In this document: piece by piece, positions 38,779 to 49,884 of the stretch
Numbering within the stretch: the first letter of the stretch is position 1
How the letters are laid out: each line of letters begins with the position of its first letter
NCBI GenBank assembly: GCA_020891255.1
Contig: BQFW01000015.1
Location: 2,108,001 to 2,172,000 of the forward strand
DNA length: 64,000 nucleotides
Source: Entomortierella parvispora E1425
Lineage: Eukaryota > Fungi > Mortierellomycota
Direction: 5' to 3'
Translations under genes and position numbers: made by a program
The notes under the pieces: model-generated
What the model was told of the DNA's origin: nothing
Databases searched by the model: none
The model's input: only the letters and a program-made list of their open reading frames with translations

Positions 38779-41700
38779 CTATGATGAAGGAGGAGCCGCG
38801 GGAGCATTCTTGGCAGCCTCCTCACGTGCAATACGTGCCTCCATTGCCTTGACAGCCCAGCTCTTCATATCAACCTCATCCTCGCCGTACTTTGACAAGA
38901 ATGGATGTTCCTATTAAAAGCACATTGAGAAAAAAAAAAAAAAAAAAAAACCAAAAAAGACATATTTTGTTGAGTCGACAGGACACAAAGAAGGTCAAAC
39001 ACAAAGCTTAATATAGAAGGCGATGAGCGTTGCCTAAGCCTGAACCTCTCCAAAGGCGTCTTCTCATTCCCTGCGCAAGAAAACTATCGTGTTTTTTCGG
39101 ACCTTCCAAATCGACTGAAACATGAAAAAAAAAAAAAAAAAAAAAAAAAGGCTTACCAGCAATGCCTTGTATGCAGGTCGCTCTTTGGCGTCCTTGAGTA
39201 AGCACAAAGCCACGAAATCACGAGCGTCTTGAGAGTAGCTCTCGGGAAGACTAGGAGGGGGACTCTCCACAATGGCGGCCAATTGCGCAAAGACACTGTT
39301 GTATTTCTCGGGTGGGTATGGGTAGGATCCTTCGGCAGTCTCCAAAATCGACAATCCAAGAGACCAAACGTCCGACTGAACTGTATATGTGTGTCCCTGT
39401 GAAATACGTTCAGGCTAGAGGGGATAGTGAAACAAGGCACAGGGTCTGAGTAAAATAGAAAAAAGATAAAGTTGACCAGTTTGATAATCTGAAGAAAAGA
39501 GGGAGGAGAACGTTCAAAACTTACTGCCATGTAACTCTGGCATCCGATGTGAGTCTTTGCCATGGACTGAACCAATTGTCCTGATACTCCAAAATCACAG
39601 AGCTTAACCTGGCCCTTTGAGTTGACCAGGACGTTTGTGGGCTTTACATCTAGAGCATACAAGGTCAAGTAGCACGGATTCAAGTTAGCTTCTGGGTTCC
39701 TAGTGTAAGATAAGAAGGGTGCAAGTGGACACAAGAACGGAGCCCATCTTCAACATTTTTTGGCGAGGGCGTGAAGTGAGGTCATGTTTCAAAACGACAT
39801 CTTGAGCCAACAGTTGTTTTCACATACCACGATGAATGATAGAAAGGTCATCCTTCAAGAACTTCAGGCCCCTGACCATCTATCATGCCCAAAAAGCAAT
39901 TATTCTTGTGAGCCTTGCTGCAATTCGTTGTCAATGGAAAAAAAGAAAACACGAAAGTGGGCCACGCTCATGAGGCCCTGCAGGCGCCGTCACAGAGCCT
40001 GTTTTGCTCCTCTCAACTTACCGAGCGCGTGATATGGGAAAGAATATCCTCGGGCACTCCGATCTGGTACAATTTGTCCAATGATCCAGCATCCATGAAC
40101 TCCATGCAGTAGTATACGCAAGTCTCAATAAAGAAGGCGCCATAAAACTCGACAATATATGGACTTGCAGACTTGTGGAGCACATCCAGTTCCATGAGAA
40201 TGGAGTTTAACTTGCTCTGATCCAGCTCCAGTCGAATTTCCTGTGCAAGGCAAAGGGATAAAACGAGTTAGTTTGAAGAGTTTATCTCCATACCAAAGAG
40301 TCCAGGAAGCGATCCGTGAAACAGTCAACAGTTGGTTGGGAGGGGTGGTCTGTCCTCCATTTGAGGTCTAGTCGCTTCATACAAATTGTAATTTTGTACG
40401 TCCACGCTGTCCAATTAAGAGCACCCTCGTCAAGAGTTGAGTTCCAAGAGGTCCGACTGACCAACAAAAAAGATCAAGTCCTGTATCTTTGCAAGGATCG
40501 GATATGGATAGCCGACTCACAGCCATCCAAAGAAAAACAAAAAATGGTGGCCATTTTTTCTGTGCAGCAAAGCCGACACATGGTCCTCTGCCGCAGCCCC
40601 CAACAGGAGGAGAGCAAAGCACAAGAACCTTCGGAAGGATGAAAAAAGATAAAATTGGATGTTGGGTCGAGCGCGATTGGTTCAAACCGTGTCGAGGGGC
40701 TTGAACCAGGTCATTGACTCTTTCCAATTGAGCAAAAGCGCTTTCCATATCGTTTTTCGACTCTGCTTCCCCCTAGACACTTTTTTGTTGTTCGTCACCC
40801 ACGCTGCAGCAGGGTCGCGGGAAAGTGATGAAAACACAACAAAAGGAGCGGTGGGCGGGGGAGGGATCGAGGGAGTCGTGCACGATCAGGAGGAAAGACG
40901 AGGGCAGGTCCTGGGAGGGACTGGGAGCACAAAAGGGCGTGTTGGGTAACAGAGAATGATGACAATGACGACGTGCTTGCGCACATACACAGTGACAACA
41001 GGAAAAGAAAAAAAAAAGCATGCATGTCCAGCACTCGCGTTTCTGCCTGATCACTTTCCCTGCACAGCGCACTTCAAGATCACCTCGCAAAGGGACCATC
41101 CCCCTCATCCTCTATCCAACTGTGGCACTGTTCCATGCTGGATCCTACATATGCCGGCCCTTCCTCGTTTGCCCCGAGCAATGCCGAATCGGTGCCAAAA
41201 CGGCAAGTCCTGAAGGTCGATGGTATGATCCGTCAAAAAGAAAAAGAGTCTGCCACGCCACCCTCAAGCCAGTCTGGAGTGCAAGAGTCCAGCAGAACAT
41301 ACCTTCATTGCCATGGTGACGTTCGTGGGCTTGTGATAGACCTTCTGGACGGTTCCGTACTGTCCCTTTCCAAGCTCCTCGAGCAGCTTCAGCTCCTCCA
41401 TGTTGATCTTGAAGCTATTTCCATTGCTAAAGTCCACGCCATCTGCATGCAGGATCGCCTTGCCATTGAAGTTGAGTTTTCCAGAGGGATCGCTGAAGGT
41501 CAGAAGCCAAATGGAATGCGGGATTGTAAGTTAGCAAGGGGAAAGCATTCTACCTAGCAGAACAGAAATGTTGTTCTGGTGTTGTCAATGACGCCACGGT
41601 ATTCACCAGCAGGGGAGCAGAAAAAAGAAAAAAAAAAAACGGCAAGGAGAGCACACATACACGAATCGCGAGAAGTTGGAGAAGGGCGTCTCGGGCTTTG

Positions 41701-41794
41701 GGATAGGGGAGCCTCCACCCATCTGAGAGAGGGTCATGCGAGGCATAGCGCGACGCATGGGCGTGGGGGCATTGCCGCGAGGGAGGTTGTTCAT
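38779..41794 (-). CDS. PBS2: MAP kinase kinase of the Pbs2/Wis1 (HOG pathway) type (7 exons)
   Basis: [24 protein letters not shown]...[27 protein letters not shown]|[23 protein letters not shown]...[50 protein letters not shown] (SxxxT activation loop). The start could be the in-frame ATG at 41863. Confidence 0.92.
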
Positions 41795-42116
41795 GGCAGG
41801 CAGACTCGGTCCTGGGTTGAGGGGAATGATAGATACAACACGAGACAGGGGAATCAGAGCCAATGGAGGAGAGGGTTCTATCGCGTGGCGGTCAGAGAAG
41901 GAGAGGTGGGAATGAGAGTGATGGAGCGAAGGAAGAAAAGAAGAAAAGAAGAAAAGAGAGAGAGAAGGAGAGAAGGAGAGAAGGAGAGAAGGAAAAGAAA
42001 ATGAGAAGGGGGAATGAATGCAGAGAGCGACAGAATGGAAGAAGCAAAGGAAGGGGGGAAGACCGAGACAGAGAGAGAGAGGTGTCTGTCAGTCATTCAA
42101 ATCTGCCCTTTCCGTT

Positions 42117-42139
42117 CTGGCTGGCTGGCTGGCTGGCTG
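42117..42139. repeat. (CTGG)5+ tetranucleotide microsatellite in the PBS2 upstream region
   Basis: Read directly. Confidence 0.9.
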
Positions 42140-42347
42140 TTGTTGAAGATTTTTTTTTTTTTTTGATTTTTTTTGATTTTTGATTCCCAGCCCATCCACC
42201 CTGCCTGTCCCAGGCTTTGTCTGGAGTCGAATCGACGCGATGCACGCACCGCACATACACACAGACCCACAACACAATGCCACGCCGCGCCACATGCCGT
42301 GCCACGCCTCGGCTTGCCTTGTCTCGTTGCGCTGTTGCGCTATTGCG

Positions 42348-42381
42348 ATGCCATGCCATGCCATGCCATGCCATGCCATGC
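42348..42381. repeat. (ATGCC)6+ pentanucleotide microsatellite between PBS2 and API5
   Basis: Read directly: atgccatgccatgccatgccatgccatgccatgc. Confidence 0.92.
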
Positions 42382-42758
42382 AGCTCAGGACGCAGGTGGT
42401 CGGTCATCCAGTCCTGTCAGTCAGCCAGTTGGTCAGTCTCCACACACCACCCAGGATTTTTCTTCTTCAGTGTGTTCTTTGGTCTGGTCTGTCAGCCATT
42501 TTACACCCGCAAAGGGGAAAGTGCAAGGGAGGGGAGGGGGGGAGGGGCACAAATCTCCTTCGTCTGTCTTTTGCTGACTGATTGCGATCGCTATCCCTAT
42601 CATTCGACCATCGCCCTTCCTTTCATTATCACCTTTCACTTTTTAGGATCCACTCAGTTCATCTCTATCGACAACTTGCCGGTTGTGTTTGTCTTTATTG
42701 TCGTTTTTCATATTTTTTTTTCTTCTTGTTCTTTTGTAACACTGAGCGAAACTCGGCA

Positions 42759-45685
42759 TCAACGCTGCAGAAAGCTAATTCGACCACCACCGTTGTTGTT
42801 TCCGCGTCGGTTCTCAAAAGGGCTTGATCGTCCACGTGGACCACTGGTGCCATTGTTACCCTTGCGCTGAGACGACTGTGTCGCCGACGGAGAATGTGGC
42901 GCCTGCTGTTTGGATGCCTGCTGCTTAGATACCTGTTGTTGCGGCTGATGTTGGTGTTGATGATGATGCTGATGTGGCTGTTGTTGCTGGTGCTGCTGGT
43001 TTGATGATTGCTTAGAGGCCTTGTTGCTATTGCTTCCACCTGGACTGCTATTCCCGGGGGATGAACCTCCTGCATTGGTGCCACGTCGAAGAATCCTCGG
43101 TCTCTTTGGTTTTGAGGTTTGCTCTTGATCTGCCTTGCGCTTGTTTGCAGTTGGCTGCTGTTGTGAGTGTTGCTGTGCTTGTTGTTGCTGTGTCGGCTGT
43201 TTCTGCCCTGCCGTGGTTTTGTTAGGTCCTGTCTTCGCTCCGGTTTTTGGTCCTGCGGACTTTGATGTAGCCCCTGCCTTTGATGGTGAGGCTGTAATTC
43301 CTTTACTAGTCACAGTACTAGCTTGGGCGGGACTCTCCGCTTTCACTGGTTCAGGGAGCGGGTTCCAGGATGGATGCAAAACGACCTTTGTACTCCTGAG
43401 ATGCTTGGGTTTCATGAATTCCTGGTGACATGTGAGGAAAGATATATATTAGTCGAGGGGTTCTGGTCGAAATGCTCAAAAGTATCGAGATAAAGCCCAT
43501 CGTTTTACCTTCACTACGGAGTGGATGTTGCTATACATCTGAATGGTCCTGGAGAGATTCTTGATCACTGCTTCCTGCTCAGGTTTCTTGGCCTTTTCAG
43601 CTAAAAGAGATTGTCTCAAGACTGACAGTTCGTTTTGTGATACCATGTAAAGCGTACGGAATCTATAGATGTAGTTAAGAGGGATGAGTAACGATCCTTT
43701 CTTTCAATCTCTCCCATCAAATTTCCCTGCCTCTATAGTGTTTACCTTGCTATAAGATCCTCCCTGTCAAGAGAGTCATGTTCCTGTTCACAGATTTGAA
43801 ATTCAAAATTCATATACAACGGGTTAGACAAGGTCATACTCCATACGTGAGTTACATAACTGAAGTTCAAGGTTGTACCTTGGTGGCCACAAAGTATAGG
43901 GCACTTGTAAGGCACTCAATTTGTGGAAACTTCAGCGAAACTGTGTTGTCTTGCTCCACGGGTACAATATCCTGTTTTCATCAAATATAAAGAGTTGTGG
44001 ACAGAAACTTGGAGTCAATAAACGTGAGGGATGGATTGTGCAGCCAAGTCAAGTTTAAACCTACCACAAGAAGATTCGTTAAAAGCTCTCCCGCGAGTTT
44101 GTACGCAGATGCAGGAGGAATCCCATTGATCAGTGCGTCGGCGTAAATTCGAAGAACGGAGGTTTTTTGTTTGTCCGTCAAGTGGTTGAAAGAAGTGGGT
44201 GGTAGAATGTTGGAAGCAAAAAAATCCAAGATAGGTTCCGGTGAAATTGTTCGCTGTGAGGACCAAAAGATGAAATAGGGGCAAGGTCAATACATGTACG
44301 CGAATACAGCGCAGTCCATCTTCAATGATAGAGTCATTACCTTCAACAGCGGCCCTGACAGCTTCCCGGCCACAAGTACGCGCTTGACAGATTCTGGGTC
44401 ACTTGGCTAAAACAAGAAATACGGCTAGCATTAATATCGAGGTTCTCATCCCTTGAAAATAGCAGCTAGACTGAATTGAACATACGTTGAATGGGCCTTC
44501 TGAGGTAATATGATTGATATAAATGTTCAACAGTCCGGTCAAGTCCAGCTTTCCGGATTTATAGGCTATCGTTCGCATGATTATCTTTGCAAATGTCTCT
44601 AGTTCAGCGTTTGACACTGATGCCATGGCCTAAGTGGAAAGATGAAGCCACTGAGTATCCCATTCATGATAGCCAGTACTGTGTCAACGGTAGACGTGTT
44701 CTGTACCTTTTGCATCTCTTCCAAAAAAAAGAGCTCGATCTCAGAGTCTTTAAACAGAGTGTCAGCTGAGGCCATAACGTTGGTCGTAATAAACTCCAGA
44801 GTTCGCTCCCGCAAGTCCGTGCCTTTTACGCCCTGACGAAAAAGTACGGCCAGCACCTCTATAAATCAGACGAGGATTAAATACTGGCCATTTGTTCCAA
44901 AGCAGTCCGCCAACACGGTGTTTACCTCGTGGACTTTGGATCATCAATGTTTGAAGCGCACCCTGCACAACAACGAGGTCTTGATCATCTATATCGACAT
45001 TTAGCAGAGGAGGTCAGAAACAAAGATTCAAGACCGCACGCAGCATTCCTAAAGGTCATCCAAAGCCATACCAAGTTGAAGTAGCTGACAAAGGACGTCA
45101 GCAATTTTGATTGTATGGCTCTGTTCGTCCTTGCATAAAGAGGGGAGACTCTTGATCGCCGACTGTCGAATCTTTTTTGAAATGAAGCAATATACGAGTG
45201 CATTAGATCCAGATACAACCAAAGCCAGCGTGTAAACTGCAATGCGAATTAGGGCCATACCAGCGGCGATTCATCCTCGCAAAGGTCGAATACGCCATCG
45301 ATTGCTTTACTGTGCAGAGAAGGAAAGTGCTTGAAGAAGGCAGGTATGAATCTACAGGGTGGCGCGGTAGTTTAAAGTGTTGCATGTCAGTTGCTTCCAT
45401 GGGGGGGTTTTTGTAACTCTGACCACGTCAATCGGGTGCATAATCGTGATATCGTACTGTGCTGCAAGTCTCTTTGCTCCATCGGATCCTTGAGCTGCCG
45501 TAACAATGGTAAGGTATGCGTTTTCATGCTGGGTAAATTTTGAAGGTTCGTAAAAAAAGTTAGTACATAGTAACTGGCATTTCTCACATGTCCACGCATG
45601 GAGACCATAAATCTACCTGTGACGCATTCTCCTTTGCATCCGTGATTTCATTGTAGGCGTTGTAGATTGCGTCAAGGTCAGCCAT
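42759..45685 (-). CDS. API5: Apoptosis inhibitor 5 (API5/AAC-11) homolog (about 11 exons) with a Q/N/R/G-rich tail
   Basis: Spliced product MADLDAIYNAYNEITDAKENASQHENAYLTIVTAAQGSDGAKRLAAQFIPAFFKHFP...DGVFDLCEDE...IRQSAIKSLPSLCK...KIADVLCQLLQLDD...LKFPQIECL...STKVVLHPSW parallels human API5 as I recall it (KRLAAQFIPKFFKHFP, LDLCEDED, IRRQAIKELP, VADILTQLLQTDD, LQFSYVECL, STVTLSW). Confidence 0.92.
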
Positions 45686-46215
45686 TTCTTCACTATCTCC
45701 TGGTGGCGTCTCAGAGGTTCCTACGCAGGTCGGTAAAAGTGCAAGGTTCATTGTTACGACTGTATTCCAGAAAATGGCGAGTTCAATGTCATTGCTGTGC
45801 ATTGTAGTGAAGTGAGGGCTGGCATGCATGCTGAGGTTGTTGCAAGTACGGAGCATTGGCGCCTACCTGGTTGTTGGTTTGGTTGGTCGGTTGGTACTCC
45901 TGGTTCGTTGGAAGAACGATAGGACTTGTGTGACTGCACGGGGCCTAAAAAAAAAAAGGCCGGGGGTGACGTAGACAGGGCAGTGGGCAGGAGGGCAGGT
46001 GGTGCTGGGTGGAGAGCAGCGCATGCGGAGAGTCGCAGCACAGAGGACGCGCTCGCTCTTTTTTTTTTTTTATTTTATTTTTTTTACTTTTTACATCCAT
46101 TCGTTCCTCTTGTCCGCTCCCTGTCGACGTTCATTTCCCTTCTCTCTTGTCCATTTCGACATTTCATTCACTACCGCCGCCACCACCGTCACTCGAACTC
46201 TAGGAATAAACAGCA

Positions 46216-48182
46216 ATGCTCATTACTGTCAAGACTCTGAAGCAGGAGACCTTCAAGGTCGAGGTCGACGAATCCGACAAGGTATGTTGTTCACATTCTC
46301 TAACCCCTTCGCCGCAGCAGCATGACTTTGGAGGTTGAGCTGACCTTGAAGGATTCCATCGGCCTCCATGCTGTCTTGAATCCTCGCCTCAACTGAATAT
46401 ACTCGAGAAAATTGAGCTACGTCTTCTACCTTGTTGGTTCCTGCAAACTTATCATGTCAGCCTTCCATAGGTCCTCACTGTCAAGGAAAAGATTGCAGAG
46501 CAGCAGGGACATCCTGTCAGCAGCCAAAAGTTGATTTTCTCAGGCAAGAATATACAGATTTTTGGATATTCGTTTGGACGCCTATGGAGACATGAGGACA
46601 AGGTGTCTCCGTCAGACTGGACGCGTGGCAGGTGTTCTAATCTTTGATATCTCACATTTGCTGGTACACCACAGGTAAAATTCTTGCGGATGAGAACCCC
46701 GTTTCTCAATACAACATCACCGAAAAGGACTTCTTGGTCATCATGGTCACCAAGGTATGGATACATTGGATATTTTGGACTGTAGTGCTGGCGCAAGGAG
46801 AGGAGTCTGGGTACATTCGTTTCGAGAGGTTACTCAGTCTCGCCCTTCCTTGTTTTTTATCTTGTTTCTATCCAGGCCAAGGCTTCGCCCGCATCATCAT
46901 CCAAGCCCGCTGCCGCCGCTGCCTCTGCACCAACCCCAACCCCAGCCCCAGCCCCAGCTGCCCCTGTGACCCAAGCTCCCGTGGAGACCGCACCTGTTGC
47001 CGCTGCCTCAACTGCAGCACCTGTTGTGGGTGAAACCCCAACCCCTGCTGCCTCGGCCGAACCAGCACCCCCCACATCTGCAGATAACGCCCTTTGTATG
47101 TGTTGTTTTTCAATGATTTTGACAGAATCTTCTCTCAGTTGTACTAAATGTTTTCTGTTGACTTGTAATCATAGTGACCGGAACTAACTTCGAGACTGCT
47201 ATCCAGGGCATGATGGAGATGGGTTTCCCAAGAGAAGAATGCATGTTGGCTATGAGAGCTAGTTTCAACAACCCCGATAGAGCAGTTGAATACTTGATGA
47301 CTGTACGCGGAAACTACGAGATGTCCCGTCGAAATGTCTGAGGAGGAATCAAGCGACATGTACTGAAGTATCTTTCTTTTTTTCACGCTGTAGGGTATCC
47401 CCGACTACCTCAGACAGGAAACTGCCCCCCCACCAGCGCGTACTGCTGCAGCCCCTGCTTCGGCTGCATCTGCTCCCGCTACCGGCGCCGCCGCCGCTAC
47501 TCCCGCCGCCGCCACCCCCACCACTAACCAGCCCCAGAACCTGTTCACTGCTGCCGCTCAAGCAGCTGCTAGCGCTCGTCAAGGAGCAACCACCGAAGGA
47601 GGAGCAGGAGATGTGGAGAGTTTGGCGTTCCTGAGAGACCAGCCCCAGTTCCAACAGATCCGCGAGTTGGTGCAGAACAACCCAGAGTTGTTGCAGCCCC
47701 TCTTGGTCCAACTCGGCCAGTCCAACCCTCAGATGCTCCAGGTATGTTGATTAGATCTTGACTTTTTCGTCAACAGGTTTGTGTCAGATATAGTATACTC
47801 ACATAACCACGGTTTGATGCTGCAGCTTATTAGCCAAAACCAGCAGGCGTTCCTGCAGCTCCTTAACGAAGGTGGAGAGGGTGAGGAGGGCCACCCGCAA
47901 GGAGGTGGAAACCACATTTATGTCACTCAAGAAGAGCAGGAAGCCATCCAGCGCGTAAGTCCATCTACCTTTCCACAGCCACAAGGAAGACCTGATATTT
48001 TTGTACATTTTCAAGATTTGCTTATACGACCCTCATTCTTTTTTCACTTCTAGTTGGAGAGCCTTGGATTCAACCGTCAGACTGCCGTCGAGGCATTCCT
48101 GGCCTGCGACCGTGATGAGGAGATGGCAGCCAACTATCTCTTTGACCATGGAAACGATGACATGGAGGACGATATGCAGTAA
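46216..48182 (+). CDS. RAD23: UV excision repair / proteasome shuttle factor Rad23 (UBL-UBA-XPCB-UBA; 7 exons)
   Basis: [16 protein letters not shown]...[13 protein letters not shown]1 [35 protein letters not shown]-binding [30 protein letters not shown]2 [30 protein letters not shown]. Confidence 0.97.
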
Positions 48183-49884
48183 TTTTTTTTTTTTTCAGTT
48201 TTGCAATTGAAGGTGAAGACATGAGTATTCATGGCATTGGATCGAAGTAAATAAAATACAGGTTGCAAAAATAAGATTAGGAGCGAGATAGGGTGATGTT
48301 TTCTAGGATTTTTTTTTTCTTTCTTTGATTCATAGATCTAGAGAACGCGTGGATAAGAAGGAGAGGGAGGCGGAGAAACTGTTGGTCATTTCCAACAGGG
48401 TTAAAACATAATCACAGGGGTGGAGAGGTGGAGAGAAACGAAGGGAGGGAAGAACAGGCAGGTGTTTGTTAATAGGTTGCATCGTGTTTGTGCGTAAAAT
48501 TATCTTCTGTGAGCCTCTTGGAGGAAGGAAGGACAAAAACTAGTCTCAGTCGACCGGAGAGATTTCTTTCCTTTGTAGTTAGACCTAAAGATCCAAAGGC
48601 TAGGGACCAAAGGGAGCAGGAAGTTGAGGGGGGTTGGGAGAGAGAAAAGGAGAGAAAGAGAGAAAAAAAAAAAGAGAGACAGCGAGTGAGAGTGTGGGGA
48701 TCACAGAAGGGTGCCAAAGCCAAAGGTCAAACCGGCCACCGGCGTGGGAGAGAGGAGGTGCGATGGGGCGATCGATCCAACGGCGAGGATGGACTCTCTC
48801 CACTTTTGAAAAGTAAGGTAAGGCAAGGAGTACATACAGGGGACCAGCTGATGCAAACAAACAGAAGGGCGGTGTGTTTGTTGTACGACAAAGCCCTTTT
48901 GTAGTGCTGTTCCACTTTGTTTTCTGGCATCGCGCACCCGACTCTATTGGAAAGCCAGCGCCTAGGCGCACATAATGAAAAGAGGGGAAGATCACGATGA
49001 CATATGGGCCAGAGAAGGGAGAGAAAGAAAGAAAGAGAGAGAGAGAGCAAAAGGGACCTCAGGGGCACAAGACAGAAAGAAAAAAGTCGGATTTCCTAAA
49101 CAATGATGGCCCAACAGGTTTGTGTGGAGAAGACAGATGAACGCGAGTTAAATTGTCCGATTGAAGGGCTATCTGTCCTCCAGAGAACAGTCAATGACCA
49201 CGAGAGACGGAGATCAACGGTGCTTTGATTACGACAGAAGTCCGGCAGAGAGAGAAAAGGGGAGATAGACGAAGGAAGCGCAATGACGGGGTGCGAGCAA
49301 CGTGAAGGAGGAATCAACAGAAGAACGAAAGTATAGATAAACATGGCAGCGTCCCAGGCGGTAAACAGGTGCCGAACAAAGTGTATCTGTGGGTAGTCTT
49401 CAATGAATGCAGCCCAGGCCTGCGCAAGTGCTGCAGTAGTGTTTGTTGTTTATGTTCAGCAACGAGCAAGGGGTGGGGCCACGAACGAATACAAAGGCAA
49501 AGGTATCCTGTCATTCCTGCTCTTCTCCAGGCTGGATTGGTGAACTAACTATTGGCTGTAATGGACACCGTCCTAGTCTGACAGACAGGTGCATGTGTCC
49601 GCCCGTTGGGCAGGAGCACAAAGAAGAGAGAGGCAGACAAACATGCGGGCCGTCGTGTGCGTGTGTCTGCTTTAGGTTTTCTTGCCTTCTTTTAAGGCGC
49701 CCAATCCGCCGCAGGGTTCTCTTTTTCTTTTTTTCTTTCTTCTTTAGTTCAAGTCTTCTCCACTCTCTCTTCTCTTCGTTCAGGTCACTCTCCTTCCTCT
49801 TTCCTTCCTCACCTGTCTTCCTTTTCTCTTGATCGAACCCCTTTTGCCTTCATCCTAATTTCCCCGTCTTTATAATCATACACA

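Noticed and set aside
42695-43084. Second-frame Ser/Asn/His-rich ORF overlapping the API5 last exon
   Set aside because: It is an alternative-frame reading of CAG/CAA repeats. The frame continuous with the conserved API5 exon ends at 42759.
49643-49675. Short uORF-like MRAVVCVCLL* upstream of the permease
   Set aside because: It lies upstream of the CT-rich leader where transcription probably starts, so it is likely outside the mRNA.
48200-49880. 1.7-kb region between RAD23 and the permease with many overlapping 60-140 aa ORFs
   Set aside because: The ORFs derive from GA/CT low-complexity tracts and show no domain or consistent splice structure. An unannotated lncRNA cannot be excluded without RNA data.
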